From a virus, in IMG/VR virus record IMGVR_UViG_3300028840_005764, positions 1 through 64,000 of that record: a stretch of DNA of 64,000 nucleotides. One strand, 5' to 3'. Under the pieces are notes generated by a model, which was given only the letters and a program-made list of their open reading frames with translations, was not told where the DNA came from and ran no database searches. The position numbers and the translations under genes were made by a program. Positions 19,074 through 28,500 of this stretch are shown in pieces (within the stretch, counting starts at the first letter, position 1; each line of letters opens with the position of its first letter).

Positions 19074-19894
19074 CAGCCTGGGTCTTTGGTGGCGGCTCTT
19101 CACTCATGTACATGCATCTGGGTGCTGCTCAGTGCCTGTACGATCATAATATGACCCCAACTTCTTTGTACGGTGTGTCGGCGGGTGCTATTGCCGCCGC
19201 GTTATTGTCGACCGGCAAGCAACCAAAAGAATTTATCAATGAAGCGAGGAAATTATTACCTTCCAAAATGTTAAGTTTTAACTGGAAATTTTTTTTTGGT
19301 GATAAAGGTTTTTTACATTTCAGAAAAATGGAGAAAATGCTTACTCCATATGTGCCAGATAATTTCGCACACGCCAAGATACCACTAACAATTGTCACAA
19401 CTGATTATAAAGCAAAAAGGGAAAAGATATTTTCTTGTAGTGATAAACCAAAAACTTCAGTAACAAAAGCTTGTAGAGCGTCTTGTAGTATTCCAATTCT
19501 TTTTGCTCCAGTAAAAATAGGCCAAGAATTAGTTGACGGCGGTGTGGTAAATCATCTCCCAGTAAATCTTCCATCTACGCCGTCTATTGGCTTCCGTCTT
19601 GTTTCAGATACCCGCGCTAGTCGTAAACCGTCGTTTATTCTGAGATTGTTAACATTTGGATGGATAACTTTTATTAGTAGTATATTGAGTTGTTTTATTC
19701 ATACCATAGAAAGATTACATATTGATGATGCAATATTTACTAATGTTATTACATTGACAGCGCCGTGGAACTCATTAGATTTATGGGGCCTTGATGATGA
19801 GGTGATTGATAAACTATATAATATTGGATACAATACAGTTGAAGAAAAATTTCAAAGTGGTTGGAAATTTGACAGTAGGATTTCGTTTATTTAG
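19070..19894 (+). CDS. Patatin-like phospholipase
   Basis: Gly-rich loop GGGS, nucleophile elbow GVSAG, RASCSIPILFAP, catalytic DGG (LVDGGVVNHLP). Confidence 0.9.
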   Translation: MTAWVFGGGSSLMYMHLGAAQCLYDHNMTPTSLYGVSAGAIAAALLSTGKQPKEFINEARKLLPSKMLSFNWKFFFGDKGFLHFRKMEKMLTPYVPDNFAHAKIPLTIVTTDYKAKREKIFSCSDKPKTSVTKACRASCSIPILFAPVKIGQELVDGGVVNHLPVNLPSTPSIGFRLVSDTRASRKPSFILRLLTFGWITFISSILSCFIHTIERLHIDDAIFTNVITLTAPWNSLDLWGLDDEVIDKLYNIGYNTVEEKFQSGWKFDSRISFI

Positions 19895-19902
19895 GAGAAG
19901 AA

Positions 19903-21090
19903 ATGGCGCTTATACGCATTACAATAGATATCAAAGAAGACGTTGACATTGCCCTTATCCATTTCGATAAGATTCAGGTATGGCGTGCTGAAACGCGGTG
20001 GGGTGCATATACCGAAGCCACGTCGCCGGCAACTCGCATTGACCTTGCGACAGATCAACAGATTTATGATTTTGATGATTATGATAGTTCTGAATTCTTC
20101 TGGTATCGGTGGAGATTCTATAACAGCACTGGAGCCGCCGGCAACTACTCAGAACCATTTCAGGGGTATACTCCTGGCACCACGTACTGTAGCTATGAAA
20201 ATATGAAACGGATTTTGAATACTGGCTATACTTCTGGCAAGATTCGTTTTTCTGACGCATTCAAGAATTTGCGTAAGGCCAATGACGAGCAAGATGTTGA
20301 TCTCACAACAGTGACGATTGGTCCTAGCTACTACGGGCAAGAGGACTTCGCTATCACCTTCTTAGACGCAACCAATTTCAAAGTTGAGGTTGGTGAAGGT
20401 CATCAGCTTGCCATGCGTCTGATTGGAACTGGCGACATTTCTACAGACTTTGTGGCAGATGACTATTCTGTTCGTATCAAGGCCAGTGACTGGAGTGGTG
20501 TACCGGTCGCTGGCGATCAGATCTTGTTTACAACAGATAGTCATATGTCGATGAATGATGCTGTGCAATTTATAAATGATGCTGAAATTTTTGCAGATAT
20601 GATAATTGAGGAAAATATTGGTTTTACAGAGTTGAAAAGAGATGAACTTCGTTTTGCTAGAGACGAAGTACCAAAAGGCGTGCGTCAGGCCACGGCGAGA
20701 ATAGCCGCATTTTTCATCTATAGTTCAATCTATCATCAACAATCAATTCCAGGTCTTCCGAACAATATCAACGATATCTCGAATGCCGATCGCCGTGATG
20801 ATCTCAGTAGTTGGATTGAGCAGGCGAAACGTTATCTGCAAGGATTCATCAAAAAGTACAGCATGTTCTTCGACCCAGAAACAGGAGACGCCGTCACTAC
20901 CGCCCCTCGTTGGCAGTCAATGGACACGCTTTTTGATGGTGTTGGTGTTTATGGCGTCGGCGAAGGTCTCAAGCTCCCTGCCTTGGATGAGTTCAAGGAG
21001 CAGACTGATATGAGCTACGCCGGGTTACTCGACTGGGATTTATTGGAATATTATATTTGGAATAGTTGGGATAATTCTGGATTGGAATAA
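19903..21090 (+). CDS. Head-tail adaptor protein with extra N-terminal Fn3-like domain and internal insertion
   Basis: YCSYENMK adaptor-like start motif and VPKGVRQATARIAAFFIY helix. First of the neck genes. SD AGGAG. Confidence 0.6.
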   Translation: MALIRITIDIKEDVDIALIHFDKIQVWRAETRWGAYTEATSPATRIDLATDQQIYDFDDYDSSEFFWYRWRFYNSTGAAGNYSEPFQGYTPGTTYCSYENMKRILNTGYTSGKIRFSDAFKNLRKANDEQDVDLTTVTIGPSYYGQEDFAITFLDATNFKVEVGEGHQLAMRLIGTGDISTDFVADDYSVRIKASDWSGVPVAGDQILFTTDSHMSMNDAVQFINDAEIFADMIIEENIGFTELKRDELRFARDEVPKGVRQATARIAAFFIYSSIYHQQSIPGLPNNINDISNADRRDDLSSWIEQAKRYLQGFIKKYSMFFDPETGDAVTTAPRWQSMDTLFDGVGVYGVGEGLKLPALDEFKEQTDMSYAGLLDWDLLEYYIWNSWDNSGLE

Positions 21091-21096
21091 CGTAAT

Positions 21097-21714
21097 ATGT
21101 TTAATATAGAAACAAATTTTGATGAATTCATCAAGTCAATTGATGATGCAATATTGGCGTTACAAAAAGTCGATGGGCTGTTTGGTACTCCAGCTTTTAA
21201 GACTTTTATAAATAAGTTATTTCGTGATGTAAAGGATATGTTTTTAAAGAATATCAATGATTGGAAAGTTGGTGAAATCGATGTGCAATCGGACAGATGG
21301 GAATCAACTAAACAGATTTTGATGGATAAGCCTTTGGAGAAATATGAAGAAATTCTTATTTCACGTGGTTATCCAGCAAGTTATATGCAACGCACGAGTC
21401 AAAAACCAGAGAAAGTTAAGTCTTCTGAGCCGTGGAAAGCCACGGAATTCATGTCTGATGATTTGATCAAAGGTGTGAACGCGCCAATGAATGTAGAATC
21501 TAGTGAAAATAAATTGACACTTACTTTCTCATCAAGTTTTAGAAATTTTCTTGAAAACTATCCATTAATAGTTGATGAACAAATTATGCAAGAATCACAA
21601 GGCCAATATAGTTTATTGCAATTATATGACGAACAGCGTACAAAGTTGATGTCGGAATTTATGGAAATAGTACCTAAAATCATAGATCAAATATTCGCTG
21701 AGGCGAGCAGATGA
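21097..21714 (+). CDS. Putative neck/tail completion protein
   Basis: Position between adaptor and terminator, helical, 205 aa. Assignment is by synteny only. Confidence 0.45.
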   Translation: MFNIETNFDEFIKSIDDAILALQKVDGLFGTPAFKTFINKLFRDVKDMFLKNINDWKVGEIDVQSDRWESTKQILMDKPLEKYEEILISRGYPASYMQRTSQKPEKVKSSEPWKATEFMSDDLIKGVNAPMNVESSENKLTLTFSSSFRNFLENYPLIVDEQIMQESQGQYSLLQLYDEQRTKLMSEFMEIVPKIIDQIFAEASR

Positions 21715-22223
21715 CGCAAGATAGGCCTACAGCTCATCTCATCAAGACTGGCAATTATTTTGCTGATGGTGTCAACAATATCGTTGAGATTCTTGAACGC
21801 GAACAGCGCGAGGATACAGAACAGAAACTGACATATCTCAATGGTGTACTCAAAATCCACGATGAAGATATTCTACTCATTCCCAAAACCCCATGCATTG
21901 CTGTTTCCTTCGAGGGTTTTGAAGAGATAATCCACACCATAGGAAAAAGACAAGTAACAGTCGAAACAACATTACTTATAAACACCTACTATTACCACCA
22001 AGAAATAAGCAGAGAAATAAGAAAAAAAGAGATAAGAGACGCAATGTGGGAGCTTGCTCGTATCTTGCGACGCAATTCGGATTTGAACGGGCTCAGTTCG
22101 AAGGGTGCGCAGATACCGTCGGGCGAAGTGATGTCTCGGTTGCGGCAGAATGGCGCTTTTTCTGGGGGATTGATCAGGATGCAAGTCCCAATTCTCCACC
22201 AATCGAGGAGAGGAGTCTCTTAG
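21711..22223 (+). CDS. Tail terminator-like protein
   Basis: PCIAVS...ILRRNSDLNG pattern, immediately before the tail tube gene. Confidence 0.6.
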   Translation: MTQDRPTAHLIKTGNYFADGVNNIVEILEREQREDTEQKLTYLNGVLKIHDEDILLIPKTPCIAVSFEGFEEIIHTIGKRQVTVETTLLINTYYYHQEISREIRKKEIRDAMWELARILRRNSDLNGLSSKGAQIPSGEVMSRLRQNGAFSGGLIRMQVPILHQSRRGVS

Positions 22224-22236
22224 AGGAGTCAAAAAC

Positions 22237-24186
22237 ATGGGTAGCTTCGGACGCATCGCAATCGGTGCCCGTGGCCAGCTGTCCTATGCTGAAGAGCTGG
22301 ACGCGCTTGGCTGGGGTGAACCGATTCCACCGACCCAACGGGTTGACTTCCTTACCGAGTCGTTCAACAACGAAATCGGTAACCTCCTGTCGGAGGCGCT
22401 CAACCCATCGCGCGGTATCTCGAAGCGTGTCCGTGGTGTCAGCAACATCAGCGGCGACGTCGCTGTGGAGCAGAACACTACCGGGTATGAAACCTGGTAC
22501 AAACACGCATTCGGTGATTCCGTTACCATCAACAAGTGCGACGGTGGTGTGCGCACGCAAGTCACAGCAGATTATTCCGGCGGTGCCGGTGATATTTCTG
22601 TTGGCGACACAAGTGCATTCGACGACGGTGCTGGTGATTGGGACCTGGTCGCGGTCTACAAGGATTCGACCACAGGTTTGCTCACGACCCAGGCGCTGGA
22701 GTACAGCGCGAAAGCCGCCTCACCAGCCACCTTCACACTCACCGGAAGTCCCACAGCCATCCCGCAGGGCGCATGGATCATGCAGACCTACGGCGGTGGT
22801 TCCGCGTACTGGGACAGCGTCTACACCCACTACATCGAGGCGGCTGCCGTTCTCCCGACCGGCATGACGTTTGAGGTGGGTCGTGACGTGGCTTTCTTCG
22901 TGTACTCGGGTTGCAAGTTCAACACCGTGGAGAACACCTTCACGGCTCAGGAGATCTTGCAGGCCACCTTCGGTACCATCGGACGAGCTGAGTACAGTGG
23001 CGCCGATCTGCTTGTCGCAACGACCGACACGACCACTGAACTCGAGCTGAAGAACTACTACCTCGACTACTACAACGCGTCAGGCGCCATCGGCTACGCG
23101 TTTGCAGACGATGGTGGTGTGTTCACAGACGAGACCTCAGCAGCGAATGACGACACAGCCGATGACGTCACGTTGCTGCCGGCGGCTGTTGCAGCCAACG
23201 ATGCCTTTTACTTCGGCTCGGATGACGTGTTCACCGCGCTGGAAGTGATCATCAGCACGCCGGCAGCTACACCAGTCGGTTGGACTGTGGATTGGGAGTA
23301 CTACGACGGTAGCGCATGGACGACGTTGCCGTTCCTGGTTCAGGAGTTGGAGACGCTGGAAGAGGCGGCAGGCACCTACGTGAACACGTGGAATGCACCT
23401 GCCGACTGGACCGCGACCACGGTCAATGCGCAGTCTGCGTACTGGGTCCGTGCGAATCTCAGCGCTGCAACGTCTGGTGCTGGCCCGCTTGCACAGCGTG
23501 TCTACACCGGTCCTGGAATCGTTGGTTTCGGCAAGAGCGGGACGATCCAGGTGGGCTCGGAGAACGAGATCACGTACTCCGGCACCGAAGTCTCGATCAC
23601 CGCGGGCACCGCGAAGCTCCTGACCGTCTCGAACTGGGCTTCTGGCTCGACACACGCGATCGACGAGCCCGTGGCGCCTCAGGTGACATGGGGTTCAGAT
23701 GTTGCGGAACCGACCGCGACAGACCCGCTGTCTTCGTTCCAGGCCGCGGTGTACATCGATGGCGTGGCGCAAGAGGTGTTGAGCGCGACTTGGACGTTGA
23801 ACAACAACTTGTTCACGGACAAGTACCAGCTCGGTGATCGCTTCCGCGCTGGTCTCCCGGAGCAGCAACGTACGGTCGAGGGTTCGTTGAACGTGGAGTT
23901 CGACGACATGATCCTCTACCACAAGTACGTCAACGGTACGGCTGCGTTTCTCGAGATTCGGTGTGTGGACGACGGCTATCAGATCGACGATTCAGCACCG
24001 GCTGGATTTGAGGTCTATGGCCAGAAGCACTGCATTCTGCCGAACATCGAGTACACAGGCACTACACCGCAAATTGGAGGACCTGACCAGATCACACACG
24101 ACATGCCGTTCACCGCTCTCATCGACAGCACGAACGACATGAACGAAATCGCCGTGATCTTCGTCAATGACCGTGCTACTATCTAG
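22237..24186 (+). CDS. Major tail tube protein with large inserted domains
   Basis: N-terminal GARGQLSYAEE...DFLTESF...ISGDV; YTH...GMTFEVGR...YSGCKF; C-terminal LNNNL...RTVEGSLNVEFDD...TPQIGGP. Very GC3-rich, SD GAGGAG. Confidence 0.85.
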   Translation: MGSFGRIAIGARGQLSYAEELDALGWGEPIPPTQRVDFLTESFNNEIGNLLSEALNPSRGISKRVRGVSNISGDVAVEQNTTGYETWYKHAFGDSVTINKCDGGVRTQVTADYSGGAGDISVGDTSAFDDGAGDWDLVAVYKDSTTGLLTTQALEYSAKAASPATFTLTGSPTAIPQGAWIMQTYGGGSAYWDSVYTHYIEAAAVLPTGMTFEVGRDVAFFVYSGCKFNTVENTFTAQEILQATFGTIGRAEYSGADLLVATTDTTTELELKNYYLDYYNASGAIGYAFADDGGVFTDETSAANDDTADDVTLLPAAVAANDAFYFGSDDVFTALEVIISTPAATPVGWTVDWEYYDGSAWTTLPFLVQELETLEEAAGTYVNTWNAPADWTATTVNAQSAYWVRANLSAATSGAGPLAQRVYTGPGIVGFGKSGTIQVGSENEITYSGTEVSITAGTAKLLTVSNWASGSTHAIDEPVAPQVTWGSDVAEPTATDPLSSFQAAVYIDGVAQEVLSATWTLNNNLFTDKYQLGDRFRAGLPEQQRTVEGSLNVEFDDMILYHKYVNGTAAFLEIRCVDDGYQIDDSAPAGFEVYGQKHCILPNIEYTGTTPQIGGPDQITHDMPFTALIDSTNDMNEIAVIFVNDRATI

Positions 24187-24219
24187 TGGCCGTCATCACT
24201 CTCCCGTGAGCGTCGCCAT

Positions 24220-24285
24220 GTGACCGGGGGCTTGTTGGCATAAGCCTCTCACCCCCCCAGAGGCCGTTAGCAAGCCCCCGGTCGC
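24220..24285 (+). terminator. Long RNA stem-loop after the tail tube gene
   Basis: 20-bp stem 24220-24239/24266-24285 with 4 G-U pairs, plus inner stem GCCTCT/AGAGGC. No U-tract. Confidence 0.6.
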
Positions 24286-24551
24286 TCCCCCTCAACAACA
24301 AAATGGGCATCATAACCAAAATATCTTTTTATTTGGCAATCATATTTTATTTGCCAGTAATAATACTGGCACATTTCTATAATTTTATTGCAAGAGTTTT
24401 GATTAAATCGGGATTGAAAAAATATGGAATACTAGGTGGCAGAAGATCTCAAATTGCCTTGAAGCTCAATAAAAAGGCTCATATAATCATGCGTGCAGTG
24501 TCGGTAGATACTGTAAGTTATACAACACAGATAAAAGACGAGGAGATAATT

Positions 24552-24938
24552 ATGAAAGCGATTGACGCGAAGAAAGCTTACGATTTCATCTGTGAAGACG
24601 ACAAGAAAGCCCCACCCGATCAGCGTACGGTCTTCAAGTGCAAGTACCTTGACCCGTACACCGCGGCCCGTCTCGGCGATCAGATCTACAACGTGTCAGG
24701 AACCGGTTCCAAGCGCAAAGAGCGACTTCTGACAGGCACACAGCAATTCGAGATTCTCAAGTCGTGCCTCGTTGGATGGGAAAACATGGAACATCCGAAC
24801 AATGAAGGTGAGAAGTTCACTTTCGATCGGGATCGCATCGAAGACATGATCGCAGCCATTCCTCCCAAGTACCGAGCCGAAATTGCGGACTTCATCCGCG
24901 GAGAGTCGGAACTCGAAGAGGGGGAAGGCAACGGCTAA
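24552..24938 (+). CDS. Tail assembly chaperone (gpG-like)
   Basis: SD GAGGAG before ATG 24552, CLVGWEN motif, located between tube and tape measure genes. Confidence 0.8.
   Translation: MKAIDAKKAYDFICEDDKKAPPDQRTVFKCKYLDPYTAARLGDQIYNVSGTGSKRKERLLTGTQQFEILKSCLVGWENMEHPNNEGEKFTFDRDRIEDMIAAIPPKYRAEIADFIRGESELEEGEGNG
24920..24926 (+). other. -1 programmed ribosomal frameshift site G_GGG_GAA
   Basis: Heptamer in the correct phase, with three sense codons (GGC AAC GGC) between it and the gpG stop. The -1 frame is open from here to 25510. Confidence 0.7.
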
Positions 24939-25510
24939 GGGATATCGTCCGCTTTCGATATTTCTTGGCCTCGGGTGACAATCCCGAACACAGGCAAAAA
25001 GAATGGTCGTGTGAGAACTGCAGTGAGCAGAAAGGTGAACGTCTACAACTTCAACGGAATTGCCCGTATCTGGATAAAGATGAAAAAAAAGAAATAAAAG
25101 AAATAGTAACCAAATCATCACTTAGTAAATATGATATAAAGCTTGCTAAGAAGAAAGCAAAAAGGAATAAAGAAAGATTAGATAATGATGAGAAACGTAG
25201 GCCAATACTTGAAATAGGTTCTCATAAATTTTATTCATGTCCTGCTGGATTATTGATTGGTAACAGAGGGTTGATTGCTTTAATAGATTTGATAAACTGG
25301 TCAGAGAACATGAATACACCATTATTTGATGGTGGATTGACAAACCATACTCAGTATTATTTCGAATGCTATAGGACCGTTATCGGGGAACAGAAAGCAA
25401 TTGAAAATGAGGAAATGAAACGGAATCGGAAAGAGACAGAAAAGAAAAGTAAAAAACCAAAATCGCCACACAGAAAACCAACTATAAAATCAGGAAGAAG
25501 AAGGCGATAA
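24920..25510 (+). CDS. Tail assembly chaperone frameshift extension (gpT-like portion of gpGT)
   Basis: The -1 frame reads RLRDIVRFRYFLAS...WSCENC...NCP...SCP...PLFDGGL. It has no good independent start. Confidence 0.7.
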   Translation, partial: GGRQRLRDIVRFRYFLASGDNPEHRQKEWSCENCSEQKGERLQLQRNCPYLDKDEKKEIKEIVTKSSLSKYDIKLAKKKAKRNKERLDNDEKRRPILEIGSHKFYSCPAGLLIGNRGLIALIDLINWSENMNTPLFDGGLTNHTQYYFECYRTVIGEQKAIENEEMKRNRKETEKKSKKPKSPHRKPTIKSGRRRR

Positions 25511-25522
25511 AGGCAATGGAAA

Positions 25523-28500
25523 ATGGCAGACCGTCAGATTAACTTCGCCATTAATATTTCTAGGTCTGACCAGAATGTATTCAGAACCCTTATAAAAGAA
25601 TTCCAACAATTCAGAAAAGAAGCTGGTGCGGCAAATCGCGCGCTTGCCGCTATGTCCAAGATAAGCACTAACGCCACCAATGTCACACAAGCTGCTAGTG
25701 CCTTCAACGCGTTATCAGACGCAATTGCCAAAGTAGCAACTTCAGTGAATGCGGTTGATCTAACAAAAATTACAGCCATGATGCGTCTTCTCAAGACTCA
25801 AGGTGAACTTGCTACGGGGCAGATCAAAGCGCTCCAAAAGCAGATGGATGCGTTGAATGCAACGCGCAGCCAAAAAGGCGCAAAGGACGCGGCATCAGCA
25901 GCTGATAAAGAAGTAAAAGCACAGGCAAAAGTTCTTGAAAATATAAGTAAAGTAGTTAATGCCAGACAGAATGAACTTACGCAATTAAGAAATAAGATAC
26001 GGCAAAGCGCTGAGGCCGGGGAGGCAGATGCGAGTGCTGCGCGCAAGATGCAGACTCTGTCTACTGAGCTCAGAAAACTGAGAGTAGCTGGTGTTGCAGC
26101 TGTTAAATCGCTCGAAGAGCAGCGTACTGCTGGGGCGAATCTTGACAAAAATACTCTTAATTTAATTCAATCGTTTGATGGTGTTAAGAAAGCTATCAAT
26201 AGTGAAATTGTTTCAATACAAAATTCTAATCAAACTCTTGTAAACGCAGAAAAAGTTATTCGTAAATTTGCTGTTGCCAATCGGCAGGCTTCAGCCGCTG
26301 CTATTTCTGCGTGGAATAAATACGCTACTGAACTACAGCGTAGTATGAAAGTGGCTGCGGCCGCCACTAAGACTACTACCGGGCAAGAAGCCGCTCGGAC
26401 TCGTGTAGCCGATGCATCCGCACAGCTTGGTAAACTTCAAGCTGCTGGCGCGCCATCTCAGGTTATTGACGCGCAGCGTGTTGCTCTTGATAGGGCTACA
26501 GAATCTTATAATAAATATTCAGCAGCTGTACAGTTGGCTCAAATTGCAGTAGAAAAACAAAAGACTGCTCAACAAGCAGCTCTTACGGTTACACAACGAA
26601 TTGAAGAATATCGCGGCGCTTTGTTGAAACAGCGTGAAGCTTCGATCAGGGCACTACAAAATGTCGAAGACGCAGCAGCTCAACGCGCGCTGGCCAACGC
26701 CCAAAAGGAAGTGAAAGCGGCCCGTCAACGCGTACAAGCCGCTCGTGAAGTGTATGCAGTTGAAGCAGGTGTGCGTAAGAGCGCCGTTGAACGAATGGTG
26801 CAGGCCAACAGCGAGGCGGCAAAGTCGGCTACTGCAGCCGCGAATGCGCAAAAAAATGCATCGAAAGTCGCGAATCAAGCCGCCAGAGAACAGGCAAACG
26901 CACAACGTCAAGCCGCTAAGGCAGCGGCGGCGAATGCCAAGGCCACCACAAACTTCGCTGACCAGATTGCGAAGGGCTTCAACAATGTTATTGCTTCCCA
27001 GCTTAAATATCTGGGTGCGTCATTTGTTGTCTTCCGTCTGATTCAACGCATACGTGAGGCTTTTGAATCTATTATTGAAGTTAGCGATCGTGTGGCTAAA
27101 GCCTTTGCCGTATCGCGTTCTGCTATTTTGGGGTTGGAAGAACGGTATGATGCGCTTGGCGATTCTATTGAGAGTACTGCCATCAAGATGGGCAGGAGCA
27201 TCAAAGACGTCAGTGAAATATTGTTCCAATTTGGTAGTGCTGGTTTGCAGGCTGAAGAGTCAATGGCGGCTCTTCAATCTACAATGCGACTTATTATTGC
27301 TACTGATGCGGATGTAACAGCTACTACGAAAACAGTGGCTGGTGTTTACAGGCTTCTTGGTAATCAATTAGATTATCTTGGTACACAAACACAGAAGTTT
27401 GCTCGAATTAATGATGTGTTGGCCGCGACCTATCGTGACAATCAGGTCGAGCTCAACGAATTGAATCAAGGTTTGAAGTTTGCGCTTCCTGTTGCAAAAC
27501 AGTTGAATCTTTCGTTTGAACAAGTCTCAGGTATTCTGGCTACACTCCAGAACAATATGATTCGTGCTGGTGAAGCAGGTCGTTCATTGCGTTCGATCTT
27601 TTCACGCATGTCATCACAGTCAGAGGAATTTGCAGAAGCTTTTGGTATTGCTCTGGACCCAGATAAACCTCTTAGTTTTATTGATATGTTGGAAAAGCTG
27701 CAGAGCCGTATGAGTTCTGGCGCTTTGACTGTTGATCAGGTTGGTACTGTTTTTGAACGTTTTGGTTTGCGCGGTGCTAACTCGTTTCTCGTTTTGACTC
27801 AGCAATTTGATTCTTTGAGCGAGACAATCAGAAAATTAGAGGAGGATTCCCAAGGCGCTGCTGCGACCATGGCGCGCGTTCGTATTGAAAGTATTGCCGG
27901 CCAGGTTAACAAATTCAAAGAGACTGTTCTTGAATTAGCACGTGATGCCCTGTTGCCATTGGGTGCAATTATTTTTGGATTAATAGAAGCCTTCAATGAC
28001 TTTTATGAGGTTTTACAAGAGACAGGATTAGACAAATATTTGAAAATAATTTTGGCTATTACTACAGCATTAATAGCAATAAAAATAGCAACTGTTGCTT
28101 GGACTGTTGTTACTAAGTTGCAGACTTTGTGGTTAATTAGGCAACAAGCCGCTGTAATAGGATCTGTGGTTGCACAACATCAATATATCAGAGCTCTACA
28201 CCTTTCTACTGTTGGCGTGTACACAAATATAAAAGCTCTTTTTTCAATGAGTGGTGCGCTGGGTGTTTTAGCAGGTGTATTGCAAACTGTTGCCACGGCT
28301 ATGATTACGGCGTTTCCATATGTGCTAATAGGTGCTGCGATTGCACTAATAATATATTGGATTTATAGAATGCGTAATGAATATCGCCTTACAATAGAAG
28401 AGAATAATAAGAGATTAGAGCAAATCAGAGAGGAAATTAGACAAAGAAGACACGAGAGAGATGCGCTTGATCGAACAATAAGTAAATTGGAAGAAGTTAA

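Noticed and set aside
19070-19894. Patatin as part of a CBASS defence operon
   Set aside because: No CD-NTase or Cap2/Cap3 genes nearby. The context is a phage late operon.
22046-22867. 273-aa alternative-frame ORF overlapping the terminator and tube genes
   Set aside because: S/P/R-rich off-frame translation of a GC-rich gene.
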